Of a DNA stretch of 64,000 nucleotides, positions 34,489-48,510 are shown piece by piece; position 1 is the stretch's first letter; every line of letters begins with the position of its first letter. The position numbers were made by a program, and so were the translations under genes. The stretch spans positions 62,001-126,000 of the forward strand of contig NW_026864865.1 of NCBI RefSeq assembly GCF_026571515.1. The letters run 5' to 3'. This DNA comes from Ruditapes philippinarum (Eukaryota). The notes under the pieces were generated by a model that was not told where the DNA came from, did not search any database, and worked only from the letters and a program-made list of their open reading frames with translations.

Positions 34489-36895
34489 ATGATGTTAATT
34501 GAACAGTTTATGTTTTAGTTGTATATGCAATGAAGCATTAGTGTAAATCAAATTCCTTCAAATAAAGTGTCTCACAAACTGATATGTTCACATAGATAGT
34601 TAAAATATTCTTGATGTAGTATCAATGGTAAAATACGACCTCGTGTATCATTATATTGATTCAAATGGTGCGTATTTTTAAAACTTCCGGGTTGATACTC
34701 TATTTTATATTCACATTTGTTCACGTTCATATTGTTTATATCAGAGCAATACTGTAATTTTAAAAACAGAACTTTTGCAAGAACTTGAAAAGTTATAATT
34801 TGAAATCTTATTAAACATAAATATAAACAAGAGGGCTAAGATCGCTCACCTGACCCATCGAACTCATCCGAACAATTAACTAGACAATGTGCAATTTTAT
34901 TGAACATTGATATAAACAAAAGGGCCAATATGGCCCTATATCGCTCACTTGACCCATCGAACTCATCCGAACAATTACGTAGACAAACATTCGTGAGTCA
35001 AAAAAATGCGACCACTAGAGTGTTAACAAGGATTATCCATATTTGAACAGTGTGACCTAGTTTTTCCCCAGGTGACCCATATTCGAATTTGACCTAGAAA
35101 TCATCAAAACAAACTTTCAGACCAATTTCCAGGATACCTTGATCAAAACGGTAGCCACTACAGTGTTTACAAGATTTTTCTATTTTTAGCTCCTTTGACC
35201 TAGTTTTTCATCCGAGATGATCCATGTTCGAAATCATCCGAAAAAATACCTACGCAAACATCATGACCAAGTTTCATGATAATTGAGTAAAAAATGTGAT
35301 CACTATAGTGTTAACAAAATTTTTCTATTTTTAGCTCCTGTGACCTAGTTTTTCAAGTGAGATGACCTATGTTCGAACTCATCCGAGCAATTACCTAGGC
35401 AAGCATCCTGATTAAGTTCGATGATATTTGAGTCAAAATTGTGACCACAAGAATGTTAACAAGGTTTTTCATTATTTGGGCAGTGTGATCTAGTTTTTAA
35501 CCCCAGGTGACCCATATTCGAACTTGACCTAGAAATCATCAAAACAAAATTTCATCCAATTTACAGGATATTTGGATCAAAACAGTAGCAACTAGAGTGT
35601 TATCAAGATTTTTTTTAATTTTTAGCTACTGTGACCTAATTTTTCATCCGAGATGACCCATGTTGAAACTCATCCGAGCAATTACCTAGACTAGCATCCT
35701 GACCAAATTTGATGACAATTGAGTCAAAAATGTGACCACTAAAGTGTTGACAAGGTTTTTTCTATTTTTATCTCCTGTGACCTAGTTTTACATCCGAGAT
35801 GACCCATGTTCGAACTCATCCGAACTAATGTCTTGACAATCATCCTGACCAAGTTTTATGACAATTGAGTCAAAAATGCGACCGTTCTAGTGTAAACAAG
35901 GTTTTTCTATTTTTAGCTCCTGTGACCTAGTTTTTCATCCGAGATAACCCATGTTCAAACTCATCCGAGCTATTACCTAGACAAGCATTCTGCCCAAGTT
36001 TGATGATTATTGAGTTGAAATGCGACCGCTAGAGTGATAACAAGTTTTTTCTATTTTTAGCTCCTGTGACCTAGTTTTTTCATCCGAGATGACCCATGTT
36101 CAAGGCCATTTGAGCTTTCAAGTTTAATGACGATTGAGGCAAAAATGTGACCACTAGAGTGTTAACAAGGTTCTATTTTAGCTCCGGTGACCTAGTTTTT
36201 CATCCGATATGACCCATGTTCGAACTCGTCTGAGCTATCTACTAGGTAAGCATCCTGACAAAGTTTGATGATGATTGAGGCAAAAATGTGACCGCTAGTG
36301 TTAACGAACAAGTGTGAACGGGCGAAAGACGACGGACGATGGACGAGCTAGCTCAGGCGGGCTAAAAAGACAACCAACATATCAAGTAATTTGATAAGAG
36401 ATTGGATATATAAAGAACATGATCATTGTCTATCAATTGAAATTAATTTGTAACAGTTATAACAAAATTTACTTCGGTACTTACTCAGTATATAAACATA
36501 CGAATAACTAAGCCTGCTTTGTAGGAAAAGTCGTTGTAGAGCTTAATAAGGCCAACAACAACACTAAGTATATACCTGTCGCATAATAAGTTTAAATAGC
36601 TAGTTTATACATCGATTTTTCGGCGTTAACAATTATACATCAACTAAATATGTTGAATATAAATCACTGATATAACTTAAGCCTTTAGAGCGAGCGAATG
36701 CTTATAGAAATCGCTGATAAAACTTTGCTAAACTTTGTTTTTTAAAGGGTACATATGTTGTTTTTTTATACTTTCGTCCTATTTTTATGACGATATTGTT
36801 ATCCTGAACTGATTATTTTGTGTTATAAACAAACGTCTGTTAAACTAACACATTATCCGCATACTGTCATCATCGGCCAAAGGTTGTTATAATCG
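34489..36895. repeat. Copy 1 of a locally duplicated non-coding segment (split by a HINE)
   Basis: 34489-34790 plus 36374-36895 are colinear with 41258-41855 plus 42172-42420. Confidence 0.85.
34825..36368 (-). mobile_element. HINE of the same family as 2927-7115, reverse orientation, about 9 tandem units
   Basis: aacaa..GGGCC..GGCCC..TCGCTCAC end, ~146-bp units (gtgacctagtttttcatccgagatgacccatgttcgaactc), (GACG) microsatellite, GAGCTAGCTCAGGCGGGCTaaaaa end. Confidence 0.85.
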
Positions 36896-39800
36896 GTGAA
36901 AGGTGTGTGTGACCAACGAAGTTTTTAATGTAGAGTATAGTATTGATTAAAAGAATTTGCTGTTTATATATCTGCTTTTAAACTTCTTGTTTGATTAACT
37001 ATAATATATTCCCGTTAATAGTAAATACCAATTTGAAACTCTCGTTTAACACTCATATATCTATCAGTAGGCTTTTTGTCGTTTTTTATGCAAAAAAAAC
37101 CAACAGTTAACTATGAAAATAAATGAATTTCAGTTTTCAATCAGTACAGCATAAATGCAATATCCTCTTGATTATATAAATGAAATTACACGATCTGGTA
37201 TATTATTATAAGGCATGTTAATGATTCAAATAGTGCGGTTGAAACTGTTTTTCATTAAACCTCCAGATTATTACACACTTTTATATTCACGGTTTCAGTG
37301 TAAGTGTCTGTGCAAGTATAAGTTGATTTTAAAACAAACATTATGGAATTTGGACGTTAATATTAAGGAATAAGATGCCTAATACAGTATCTTCTCTCTA
37401 AATAGTATTAGTGGGGAGACACAGATTGTGTTCAAACCCCAGAAGATGCATTTTTTCAATAATAACAGTTGTGTTTTTTTTCTTTTGTATGAAAAAAAAA
37501 GGTTTTATGTATATTTTTACTGTGAAAATGGATAGAATAACCACTCAAATGATTATATTTTAAAACAAATCAGTGTGGTTAACTTTCTTTTTATTTGCAC
37601 AAATGTTGAAAATAATTTCTTGATAATCATTATTAAAATGTATTGATGTCCCGATTACATTGACAACATCTGACGGGTTATCTTATCCAACCCTCTTCAT
37701 TTTTGATAGAAAATAATAGATACCTGGCTCGATAAAAATCATATACATATAACATTGATATCTTTGTAGATTTTTGAAAATTTAGTTCTTGTTTATTACT
37801 TTTCAAGTAAGGAACATATAAATATACTGAAACAGATAATGAAAATATAATTGGTGTTGTATAAAACCGATACAAAAAACTAAATTTATTTGTCAATATT
37901 TTTCAAGTAAGATTGTAAACGATTGCATTTGTTTGTACTTTTGTCCAGAATATAGTAAAGTTTAATAATGTAGAGTTTTTAACGCCTTTTGAAAAAGTGT
38001 CAATTATACATCTAATAACTTAAAACAAAATTTTATTTGAAAGAAATTCAAAAATAAGCAAACTGTTAACTGATTCTCTAAAGAAAACAAACATATTGAA
38101 AGTGTATTTTAAATTGAAACAGATTTGATAAACGTTATAACAATGTAATTCAGCATTTCGTCAGTATACAAACAAACATACGTATTATATTGCAACAAAA
38201 ACTTCTATGCAAGTAATATCGACGCAAAACATAAATTCAATCATAATCATAAGTTGCTTTATAAGTTTTTAATAATACAACGGTTTTTCAGGATAACCAA
38301 TGTATGATGAATACATAACACTAATATACCTTCAGCCTTTAAAGCATAAAATACTGAAAGTCGATTTTTTACTCCATTATTACTTAAAATGGTACACACA
38401 TTTTATTTGAACAAATAAATCGTTGAAGATATTATGTTTCCGTCTTCTTTTAACATTATATGCTGCTTGATTATTAACTAAGTGAAACAATAAGTTCAAT
38501 TTTTTTAAAACAATCATACTTGACTTACCCCTTTCTTGTGTTATTGATTTACAAAAGAAAGACAAATAAGGCATGTTTCGCTACTTTCTTCAAGAAACAC
38601 GCATCTAACATTTTATTAAACCATTGTTAACATTATACAATTCATTTTGCCTTTTCTGAAGAAGTAAATATTTGTATGTTTCTGACTTGCCTTTAAAAAG
38701 AAGTAAGGTTCCTGTGAGAAAATAATATGACACAACGCTTAACGAGAAAGGTAATATTTATTCATATACCATTGTCAAATGTGATTGTATTCGTCCGTCT
38801 AAATAAACATTATATTCATACAGAAACACTTCCTGACAAATAGTGTAAGATTGTGCATTGTCCTATTTCTTCATCTATAAAGAAATGCCTTGGTATGCAT
38901 AATACATATGTCGTGTTAATGTATCTTATTAGGGGCATGCAATTAGAAATGTCAACAACAAAAGATATAAACACTAGATTTGTCAAAATATTTAATGATG
39001 GAAATAATGAATGTTATGTAATATTATAGGAGGGATATATATCTTAAACGATCTGTTTCAAGTGAAATATTTATCAAATATAATATTAAAACTCATGTAC
39101 AATGGCCTATTCAAAAAATCGAGTGTTTATATCAAAAGATTACCTAATTTATAAGCGCGTGCAATTTAAGACGCCTTTAAACATTAATATAACATAATGT
39201 TTCAAATCGGCATTTGTAATGTACTAATATTTAGATTTAATAACACATTTTTACTAAATGAATGATTCTACTATGTATTGAGTAATATTAAATTGATTAT
39301 TGATACCTTACATTGCAATACGTTTTAGCCTTTTTCATTTTGCACTGCTTGTCCTGAATTGTCCGCCTACCTGTACTCTTAATCTGGTATTTTATATGAC
39401 ATACAGTTGTTTTCTGTCCAATTCTCATTTTATGGTTGGCTCTAGCATTTCTAGTTTATACTGTCCAATCTTCTGAAAAATATCGTCGTTCTTGTCTTTT
39501 TATGGGTGTTATACAACAACCATCTAAGGAATGGTTTGTTGTACCGTCAGTGAAAGTGTAATCAAATCGATACTGTCATTTCAATTTGACTGTGAGTGAC
39601 GATCTGTAACGTTTACTGATTTTAATTGTTCCTTGCTTTTGTTATAGCCACTTTCAATATTTGGAGGCTTTTTGTTGTTTTACAAACAGATTACAATTGA
39701 GGTTAGTTAACAACGTTATTGTATCTTATTGTGTTATCGTCCTTTTTATCACTATAACATTGTATTATATTAGTCTTTGACAATTAAAGCAATGTCATCT

Positions 39801-40437
39801 TAATCTGAAAATTCTGTACTGTTTGCGATAGGAATACAAGTTATGCAAAGTGTTAAATAATCATTTACTACAAAAATCTGAATTTAAAGTCGATGAATCG
39901 AATTAAATATATCTGAAAAATAAGTTGTATTATTATTTTTCATACTTTTTGTTCTTGTCACTTTTACTTTTATAATTTTGATATAGCCGACGCACATACC
40001 TAAAACAGTAATTTAACTCTTTATAAAGTCACAATATATGTTATACACAAAAATAACTCATTGTTACATATACATTTATATGTATCTATTTTGAAATTAA
40101 GAATAAGTAACAATATCTGATGTTAAATATAAGCATTACTCTACTTTCAAGCAGGAATATTGATGTCATACATTTATCGAGTTTACTTGCAATCTTACAT
40201 TACATATCAAAACTTAATCTACGTTATTCAATTATGAATCGTTAACGATGTTCCTGCTTTGCTTATAATAATTAGGTACATTGCAAGTTGACTTTACTTA
40301 TTATGACCTTTTACATTTTAGATTTGATAGTTGTCTTACAACAATGAATTTAAAACCCTTTAGATTTGCTTTTTTAGGGTCCTTAAATTCTGGATACATA
40401 TGGACATGATTTGAACTGATAATATTTTGCAGTATCA

Positions 40438-41240
40438 TTTTATGCACCCCCCCCCCCCTTTTCGAAGAAGATGGGGTTTATTGTTTTGCTTATGTCGGTC
40501 GTTCAGACCACATGGTTTCCGCTGGTTATCTCAAAAAGTCTTCATATCTCACGATATGATTGGTAATAAGTAATAAATGACACCTATTGATTCTTGGGTT
40601 ACTAGGTTAAAGGTCACAGGAGCCTTAAATGTCATAATGGTTTCCGCTCATTATCATGAAACCTATTTATCACAAAGTCTTCATATTTCACATACTGGTT
40701 GGTCATAGATAGAAGATGACCCCTATTGATTTTGGAGTCACAAGGTCACAGGCACCTTATATGTCAGAATGGTTTCCGCTCATTATCTTGAAATCTATTT
40801 ATCACAAAGTCTTCATATTTCACATACTGGTTGGTCATAGATAGTAGATAACCCCTATTGATTTTGGGGTCACTAGGTCACAGGGACCTTATATGTCAGA
40901 ATGGTTTCCGTTCATTATCTTTAACATTATTTATCACAAAGTCTTTATATTTCACATATTGATTAATCTTATTCAGTAGATGACCACTAATGATTTTAGA
41001 GTCACTTGTTCAAAGGGCAAGATAGATCACAGGTGCCTTAAATGTCAGAATGGTTCCGTCCATTATCTTGAAAACTATTTATCTTATAGTCTTTATGTTT
41101 CAAATATTGATCGGGTATAACACGTAGATGATTCCTAATGGTTTTTGGGTCACTAGGTCAAATGCTAAGGTCACATGTCAGAACGGTTTCGGCTCATTAT
41201 CTCGAAAGTATATTAACTTTAAAGTCTTCATATTTCACAT
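40438..41240 (+). mobile_element. HINE (third family) with ~132-bp tandem units, 3' truncated
   Basis: ttttatgc.ccc..ttcgaagaaga.gggg start, gtcggtcg microsatellite, repeated atggtttccgctcattatc...gggtcactaggtca. Confidence 0.75.
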
Positions 41241-41257
41241 AAATAAGGATTAAACTG

Positions 41258-42420
41258 AATGCTGTTAATTGAACATTTTATGTTTTTATTTGTATATTCA
41301 ATGAAGTATTAGAGTAAATCAAAGTCATTTAAAAAAAAGTGTCTCACAAACTGATATGTTCAAATATATAGTTTAAATATTGTTTGTGTAAAATGCGACA
41401 TCGTGCATTATTACAAGGTATTATATTGATTCAAAAGGTGCGTTTTCACAAAACTTCCAGATTGATAACCTATTTTATATTCACATATTGTCACGTTTAT
41501 ATTGATTATATCGCAGCAATACTGTGATTTTAAAAACAAAACTCGGTAAGAACTTGGAAATCAACATATTAAGTAGTTTGATAAGAGATCGGATATATAA
41601 AAACATGATCCTTCTTTGTCAATTGAAAAAGATTTTGTAACAGTTATAACAAAATTTTCCTCAGTACTTGCTCAGTATAAACATACGAATAATATCATAT
41701 TGAAACTAAGCCTACGATATGTAGATAAAGTCGATGTAGAGCTTAAGTAAACATAAGGCTAACAACAGTTGGTATATACCTGTCGCATAATAAGTTTAAA
41801 TAGCCCGTTTATACATCGATTTTACGGCGTTAACAATTATACATCCACTTAATAAAATGTAAAGGTAAAGGTCTTGTTTATAATAGTGTCATCCCTACTG
41901 AAAGGCCAGCCATTTCTGACTTATGAGACACCTTTTGCTTGCATAACATGTACCTCCCAACTCCTACCTCTATGCAAGGCGCCAGGCGGATAGAAATCGG
42001 TAACCATTCATTGTAACTACCTCGCGGCTCACGAAGCGGCCATTTCAGAACGAGTCCCACGATAAACATTCATACTTCAATTAACGCTCCCCCCGTGGGG
42101 TATCGAACCTTCGACTTCCCGATCCGAAGGCGGTCGCCTTAACCACTAGGCCACCGGTATCTTGTCACCTAGAAATCACTGATATAAATTAAGCCTTTAG
42201 AGCGAACGCTTATAAAAAATCGAGTTTAAACTTTGCTAAACTTTATTTTGTTAAGGGTACACATGTTTTTTAATGAATATTTTGAAGATAATATACTTTC
42301 GTCCTATTTATGTGACGATTTTGTTATCCTAAACTGATTATTTTGTGTTATGAAAAAAAAAGTGTGATAAACTAACACATTATCCGCATACTGTCATCAT
42401 CGGTCAATGGTTGTTATAAT
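41258..42420. repeat. Copy 2 of the duplicated non-coding segment (split by a SINE)
   Basis: Colinear with 34489-36895 minus the HINE. Confidence 0.85.
41858..42158 (-). mobile_element. tRNA-derived SINE (Arg-TCG-like head)
   Basis: Minus strand: A box TGGCCTAGTGG, anticodon arm CT-TCG-GA, B box GGTTCGATACCC, ~220-bp body, (ACCTTT)n tail; absent from the paralogous segment at ~36655. Confidence 0.85.
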
Positions 42421-43486
42421 CTGTTTAATTTTGGTAAATGCAACTATCGTATAAATTGTTCAGTCTAAAAGAAGCGATACTTAATATTGATTTTTATGTT
42501 TGGACAAGATAGTTCGTAGCACCGTGTATTTTGCATTCGGAACTGCCTCGGCTATTATCTATAATAACCTCGGAAACAATACGGATTGAAAGTAGTTCTA
42601 CCACGTGGTTTCAGATGTAAACAGAAACAGAGATTATGTAAAAGGAATGTATATATTTTACATCTAATGTCTGTCCCGATACTCTTATGCTTGAAAATAT
42701 GTCTGACAACAATTTGTAATTTAAATATGCCCACTGATGTTCAATTTTAAACAAATCCAACCAAATGTCAACAGGTTGGTTTTTTGTACTTTCGGTTTCT
42801 ACAACCATAATAATAAATATATAAATAATGTATTGTTTGCTTTTGTACCTATGAATTCACTTATTTTAGGTGGACTTTTACTACATATATTGGAAATAAA
42901 CTTGTCAACACTTCCCAGCATTAAATTACTATTTGTTTACATGTTTAGTTTCTTAGCGTAGGGTAGACCGAAATACCGCATCCGTTCTGTGTATTCATAT
43001 TATTGTGTTCGAGGCCCTTATCCGAAGACTGACGGAAAGGGCCGAGTAGTTGCGATTGTGTATTTTGTTTGTATACGACCTTACATAATGACCAACACTA
43101 GTGCTGGAGATTTTCACAACAGATAAGGGACCTGAGATTTACCAAAAATCGGCATTTGAACACGTAATGGCATAAAATTATGCTCGAGTTCATACGCTAT
43201 AATGTAATGTAAGCTTAGCGATTACAGTTTGTATTTATTGACAACAAGCATATAGGTCTCGCTTATGATATTTGTTTGTTGAAAACTTTTGTTTGATTTT
43301 ATCTTTACTCATGCTAAGATTATACGTACAGTATGACAAATTTTATGTTTTATGACATGTTGTATATACCTTCTTTAACTGTAGGATTTATATATTGATT
43401 ATTACTTTTTAGTGTAGTTATCTCTATATACATAAATGTAAATTCCCTTAACGTTTTGATCATATACTCGTACAAGAACACTGATA

Positions 43487-43713
43487 ACTTGCCAAAGAAC
43501 AACGAGTTTGCATTAGTACACGTATAATGTACATAATTATATTGAACTAAAATTTGTTTTGTTCACGTGAAATACTTAGCTCACAAAAAAAAACAATAAA
43601 AATACAAACAAACAAAACAGATGACTTGCAAAGAAAAACGAGTTTGCATTAATATACGTAGGATGTATATTATTATATTGAACAAAAATTTGTTTTGTTC
43701 ACGTGAAATACTT
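43487..43713 (+). repeat. Two-copy ~90-bp direct repeat, period ~138 bp
   Basis: acttgc.aaagaa.aacgagtttgcatta.ta.acgta...tttgttttgttcacgtgaaatactta occurs twice. Confidence 0.85.
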
Positions 43714-44382
43714 ATAAGTCGAACACGATAACGTTTACATTAATCGGTCAAATCATTATGATATAATGGGTTGTGCAAGTTATTCAGTTATTACTTTTTG
43801 CATTTTTGCTGAAATAAAGAAGATTTTAATTGAATATAGACACGTAAATCCGAGTAGCGTAGAGGTAAGAGAGTTCAGATTATGACATGCATGGAGAGTT
43901 CATGTAAATAAAATGCTTTCTTTTTTAGTTCAAATCTGGAATTGTCTTTTAAAGTCTGTATGTTTTTTGCTTTCAGAAAACATTTTCATATTCTCTTTTA
44001 TAAACCTGTTATTAGTTTAATATTGTGTACAATTTAAAGTTAAACTTATAACGATTTAGCAAAATTAAATGTATTTGATTTTAACAGTCATCAAACAGAT
44101 TGAAAAGTATTGTCAATTTAATTCTATTAAAAATTCTGAATTCAATTTGCTACATTTTTTTTACAATTTCGGCTCAATTGTATATTGATATATTTTAATT
44201 TCTTCCATTCCACATTTATCACTATAATCACGACTGTGTTGCCTCTAACTTTACTTGTTAAAGCGAATGTGTGTTAAACTAAATGTTCTCAAATAGAATT
44301 GTGTGAAATAAATTCACGAGGAACTAAAATCCAGTTCTTTGAAAAATATCTAAAAACAAAAAATAAAAGAAAAGAAAAAATA

Positions 44383-44450
44383 CCTCTTCCAAGAATCGAA
44401 CAACGGTCTCTACACTGACAAAGCCAACACTCAACGACTACGCTATTACG
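44383..44450 (-). other. Degenerate tRNA-like segment (GTC anticodon position), probably part of a repeat
   Basis: TAGCGTAGTCG A-box-like, TT-GTC-A loop, TGTTCGATTCT B-box-like, followed by a T-run; stems too broken for a functional tRNA. Confidence 0.5.
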
Positions 44451-45396
44451 CTGAACGGTTAAAAATGAGTAATTGAGTCACACAATAAGTGAATTATTTC
44501 GTTAAAATATACGTACATTTGAATAATGGTGACAGCTGTATAGATCTGATAGGAAACAATTAACTATGTAGTACACTTGAATAAATTTTCCCACTTTTTA
44601 AATTTATTTCCTACTCTACATTTTACTTAATTATGAACAATTATGTGTTTCGATTAAATTGTAAAGATGTCTTCTTTTAACTATACAACTTAAGTATTCT
44701 TAAACGATAAGACATAAACAAATAATCTTGATGAATGTTTGTATAAAAAATCATACCTTATAACTGAAATTTTCTTGTTCTTGTTCTTGTGAACAAATCC
44801 GATGATAAAATGTTAAAGATTGGCAGACCTATAGAGAGAACGATTAAAATATATGCTTTTATTACACTTGTGATTCAAAGCTTGTTTTTTTATCTCTGTT
44901 CAATTTATCAAAGTAAAAAATGTTTGTTTATAAACGGTTACAACAATATATTAGGCAAAATATGAATCTTTTTTTTTCTGTGCTGAATATGTAGATAAGT
45001 ACGTAACTTGATTTGTGATACTCATTGATATTCACATGAAAAAAGTAAATGTACTTTATGTATACACCACAATATTTATTGGTAAATTCATAATAACTTA
45101 CACCATGTCAGGAAGCTATCCCGCTTGATAACAATCGTGGCATTTGTCTGGCGGCCTCGGACCTAATAAAATACAAAGGGGAATACCTTGTTATACAGTA
45201 TAATAGCGTTGTCAAGTTTGTTTATGCGGTGATTTGTCAACCATAAGTATAATCTGATTACGTGGATGAAAGACACACTTCCATTGCATACTTCCATAGC
45301 ATAAACAAAACTAATAAAATAGATTATCTACCGTTGTTATTATTAACTGCAATAAAGTACTTAAAAGTACAGTAGAATGCTTCGCCTTTATCTTAA

Positions 45397-45870
45397 TCAT
45401 TAACAACAACATCGTCACATCTGCAATCATCATTATCGCAGACAACATCGTCATTATCACAATCACGATAATCACCGACAGCATAATAAAAATATTATCG
45501 TCTGCATTATAACCACCATCATCATAATTACCATCAAAACCATAATTTTTACCACAATCAACATAGCTTCCACTCTCACCACAGTCAACAACAACAACAT
45601 CATCATTATCATCACCAGCATTATCATTATCCTGAAGACAATTACAACCATAATTATGATCGTCATAAATACCACCATCACAACCACCATAATCAGTACC
45701 ATCACCATTATCATATCAACCACCATCATTATTAAAACAATCATCATCACCACCAACATTACTATTCCCAGCATCATCATTGTAACCACCATCATAACCA
45801 CTATCACTATTATAATAACCATCACCATAATCATTATACCATCAAGTTAATCTCCACCATTATCACCCCA
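45397..45870. repeat. Degenerate (ATC/ACC)n trinucleotide microsatellite
   Basis: Low-complexity catcat/accacc tract; generates spurious I/T-rich and M/V-rich ORFs. Confidence 0.9.
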
Positions 45871-46585
45871 TTCATCTCAGTACAGCCACAAGCTTTTCTG
45901 CCGAAATCGTCACGTGGAACGTTTAAACCTTGATATATTATAAAAGTTGTTGAAAACGAACAGCATGGAGCATTTTAACTCCAATAGCTGGTAGGGTCCA
46001 TGGTTTTACACTACATTTAACCCCTCGTTTATAGAAACCGAAACAAATCCACGACATGTTTTTCAAGTGTTGAATAAATTCTACATTAAGTCGAAGAAAA
46101 AAATATAGGCTATTACTTTAAGTTCCTCAATAAAGGTTTTTTTTTTTTAAATATCACGGCCATAATTATGACATTTCAAATTTTCTTCTCTTTATAGACT
46201 TACATTTTGAGAAATGGTCCTTAGTCCTGCCTTAAAATTGAGTTTTCCTGTTATAGAGGTGGAACTCCTAGCAGAATGAAAAGCCTGACACATAAAAATG
46301 ATCTTCTTATACGAGGGTATAGGGGTAGCCAACCATTCTTCAAAGAGGATACCCCCCCCCCCATTTTCATTGAAATTTTCAGCTGATCACAGGACTGAGA
46401 TAAACTTTTTTATAAATGCAAATACCAAAGTCACCAATTAATATTGAGACTTATGAAATATTTCATTTCTTAAGAAAACAACACAGTGTTAGTTTCTAAA
46501 TTAGTTTACATACTTAAATCATCTCATTTTCTTCCAATCACCTTATGTCACATTGAATCTTACGGTTTTCTCTTCACTTTTTTCA

Positions 46586-48510
46586 GCCTTGTAACACCGC
46601 ACTTTGGGGTCCAACCCCAAAGTGCGTTACGTACTTTGGGGTCCGACCCCAGAGTGCGTAACAAAAAACGAATTAATATTTCGTAAAAACGAATTATTAT
46701 TTCGTAATTACGAAATAACATTTCGTTTTTACGAATTAATATTTCGTTATTACGAAATAATATTTCGTAAAAACGAATTATTATTTCGTAATTACGAATT
46801 AATATTTCGTAATTACGAAATAATATTTCGTAAAAACGAATTAATATTTCGTAATTACGAAATAATATTTTGTAAAAACGAATTAAATGCCGGGGAAAAA
46901 GTGTCGAAAATGTCACCTTAGGGGCTCCGTACATTTGCATTTTTTTATACTTTTTTGTTTTATGTACATATTTTTTTTATTTGTCGTACATATTTTTTTT
47001 TAAGTTTTGAATACATCCTTTTTTTAGTTTTGCATACATTTTCATTTATTAATTTTGCATGCCTATTTTATTTTAGTTTTTTTGTACAAATTTTTTTTTT
47101 CGCACATATTTTTACATGACGCAATTTGCAAAGTAGAGGTTTGGATAATTACGCCATTTGTAAAACACCATTTTAAAACACTTCGTAAATTACACTTTGT
47201 AAATTACAGTACCCCATTTGCAAATGCCATTTGCAAATACCAATATTTTCATTTTGGAGGTATCAACAAAAATAACAACACTTTTAGTATATAGTCCGCG
47301 GTAACCCAAAGAAAGGTTCTGCATATTGTCTCGATGTGGTTAACATTTTACACAAAGTGCCTGAAAATCCTTTATGGGGTTTTGGAGATAAGGAGCGGAC
47401 ATGAAACCCAAGTCTTAATCCTTTGACCTGAAGGTGTGACCCCGACCTTGAGCCGGCACATCTGACATATAAGTTCTGCACATTATCTGGATGTGCTAAA
47501 GAATTGATCCAATTTTCATCAAAATCCACTAAGCAGTGGATCTTTTTAGATCTTTTGTTATGCATTATTGTAATACACCAGTCATTTGTAACCACCTCTC
47601 TTGCCCCCGGGGAGTGCAGGTTAAAAAAGAATCGTGTGTTGATGTTGCGCTGTTCCGGGGCATAAGGCAGGAATGTTGTTATCTGAGTATCCCCCACAGG
47701 GCTAAGATTCTACCAGTGGTCGGCTTGGTTTAAAGTCAATGACCCCCCCCCTTGCTATTCTCAGGGAGTTGGGTTGAGTGGTGCAAATTCATAATAATAA
47801 CTGATCATTAATCTTAAGCCTATTCCAAATAGACACTAATATAATAGTATATAATATTAAAAAAAAACAATAATTATATAAAATACATATAATTTAAAAA
47901 ATGGGCCGAAAAGGGTCGGCCGAAACCAGACTTGCCCGGCCGAAAACGACTGGGCCGGTTCCAAAAATGGGCCGAAATGTGACCAAACCACTGTGCTAGT
48001 TTTATACTCAACTATGGGCTGTTATGAGATTTGAAGGCTGTTTTGATTGGCTAAAATATGTACGAAAAACAAAAATAAAATATGTACGAATAACTAAAAT
48101 AAAATATGAATGCAAAACTAAAAAAAAATATGTATGCAAAACTAAAAAATGATATGTATGCAAAACTAAAAAAAATGCAAATGTCACTTTTAGGCCACCG
48201 TAATTGTGTTATATAAACACATTTTTTAGATACTTCAAGTGGTAAAATTCATGAAACTTTTATCACTTAAGCATCATCAAAGTATTGACCGCCATCTTGA
48301 ACTCCACCTCATATATTTCAATGTCGCAGATCAAAAATAAGTCAGTACTCAGTATTTAAGCAGAACTCAGATTACACCTTTAGATCTCTGGAACCCAAAG
48401 TGCGTTAATATGTAGCATATTACCGCACTTTGGGGTCAATTTCTCGATTTTGACTCCAAAGTGCGTTTGACTCCAAAGTGCGGTGCGAAGTTTAACGCAC
48501 TTTGGGGTCG
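46586..48510. mobile_element. Nested cluster of foldback/MITE elements
   Basis: Outer CGCACTTTGGGGTC / GACCCCAAAGTGCG repeats at 46597-46660 and 48392-48510; ~21-bp TTCGTAATTACGAA palindromic array 46668-46885; two related ends AATGTCAC..CCGTA at 46932 and 48202; inverted T-rich/A-rich arms 46933-47115 and 48055-48185; GGCCGAAA repeats 47903-47978. Confidence 0.65.

Noticed and set aside
45472-46940. Hydrophobic M/V/I ORFs and FRNYEI-repeat ORFs
   Set aside because: Artefacts of a trinucleotide microsatellite and a 21-bp palindromic array
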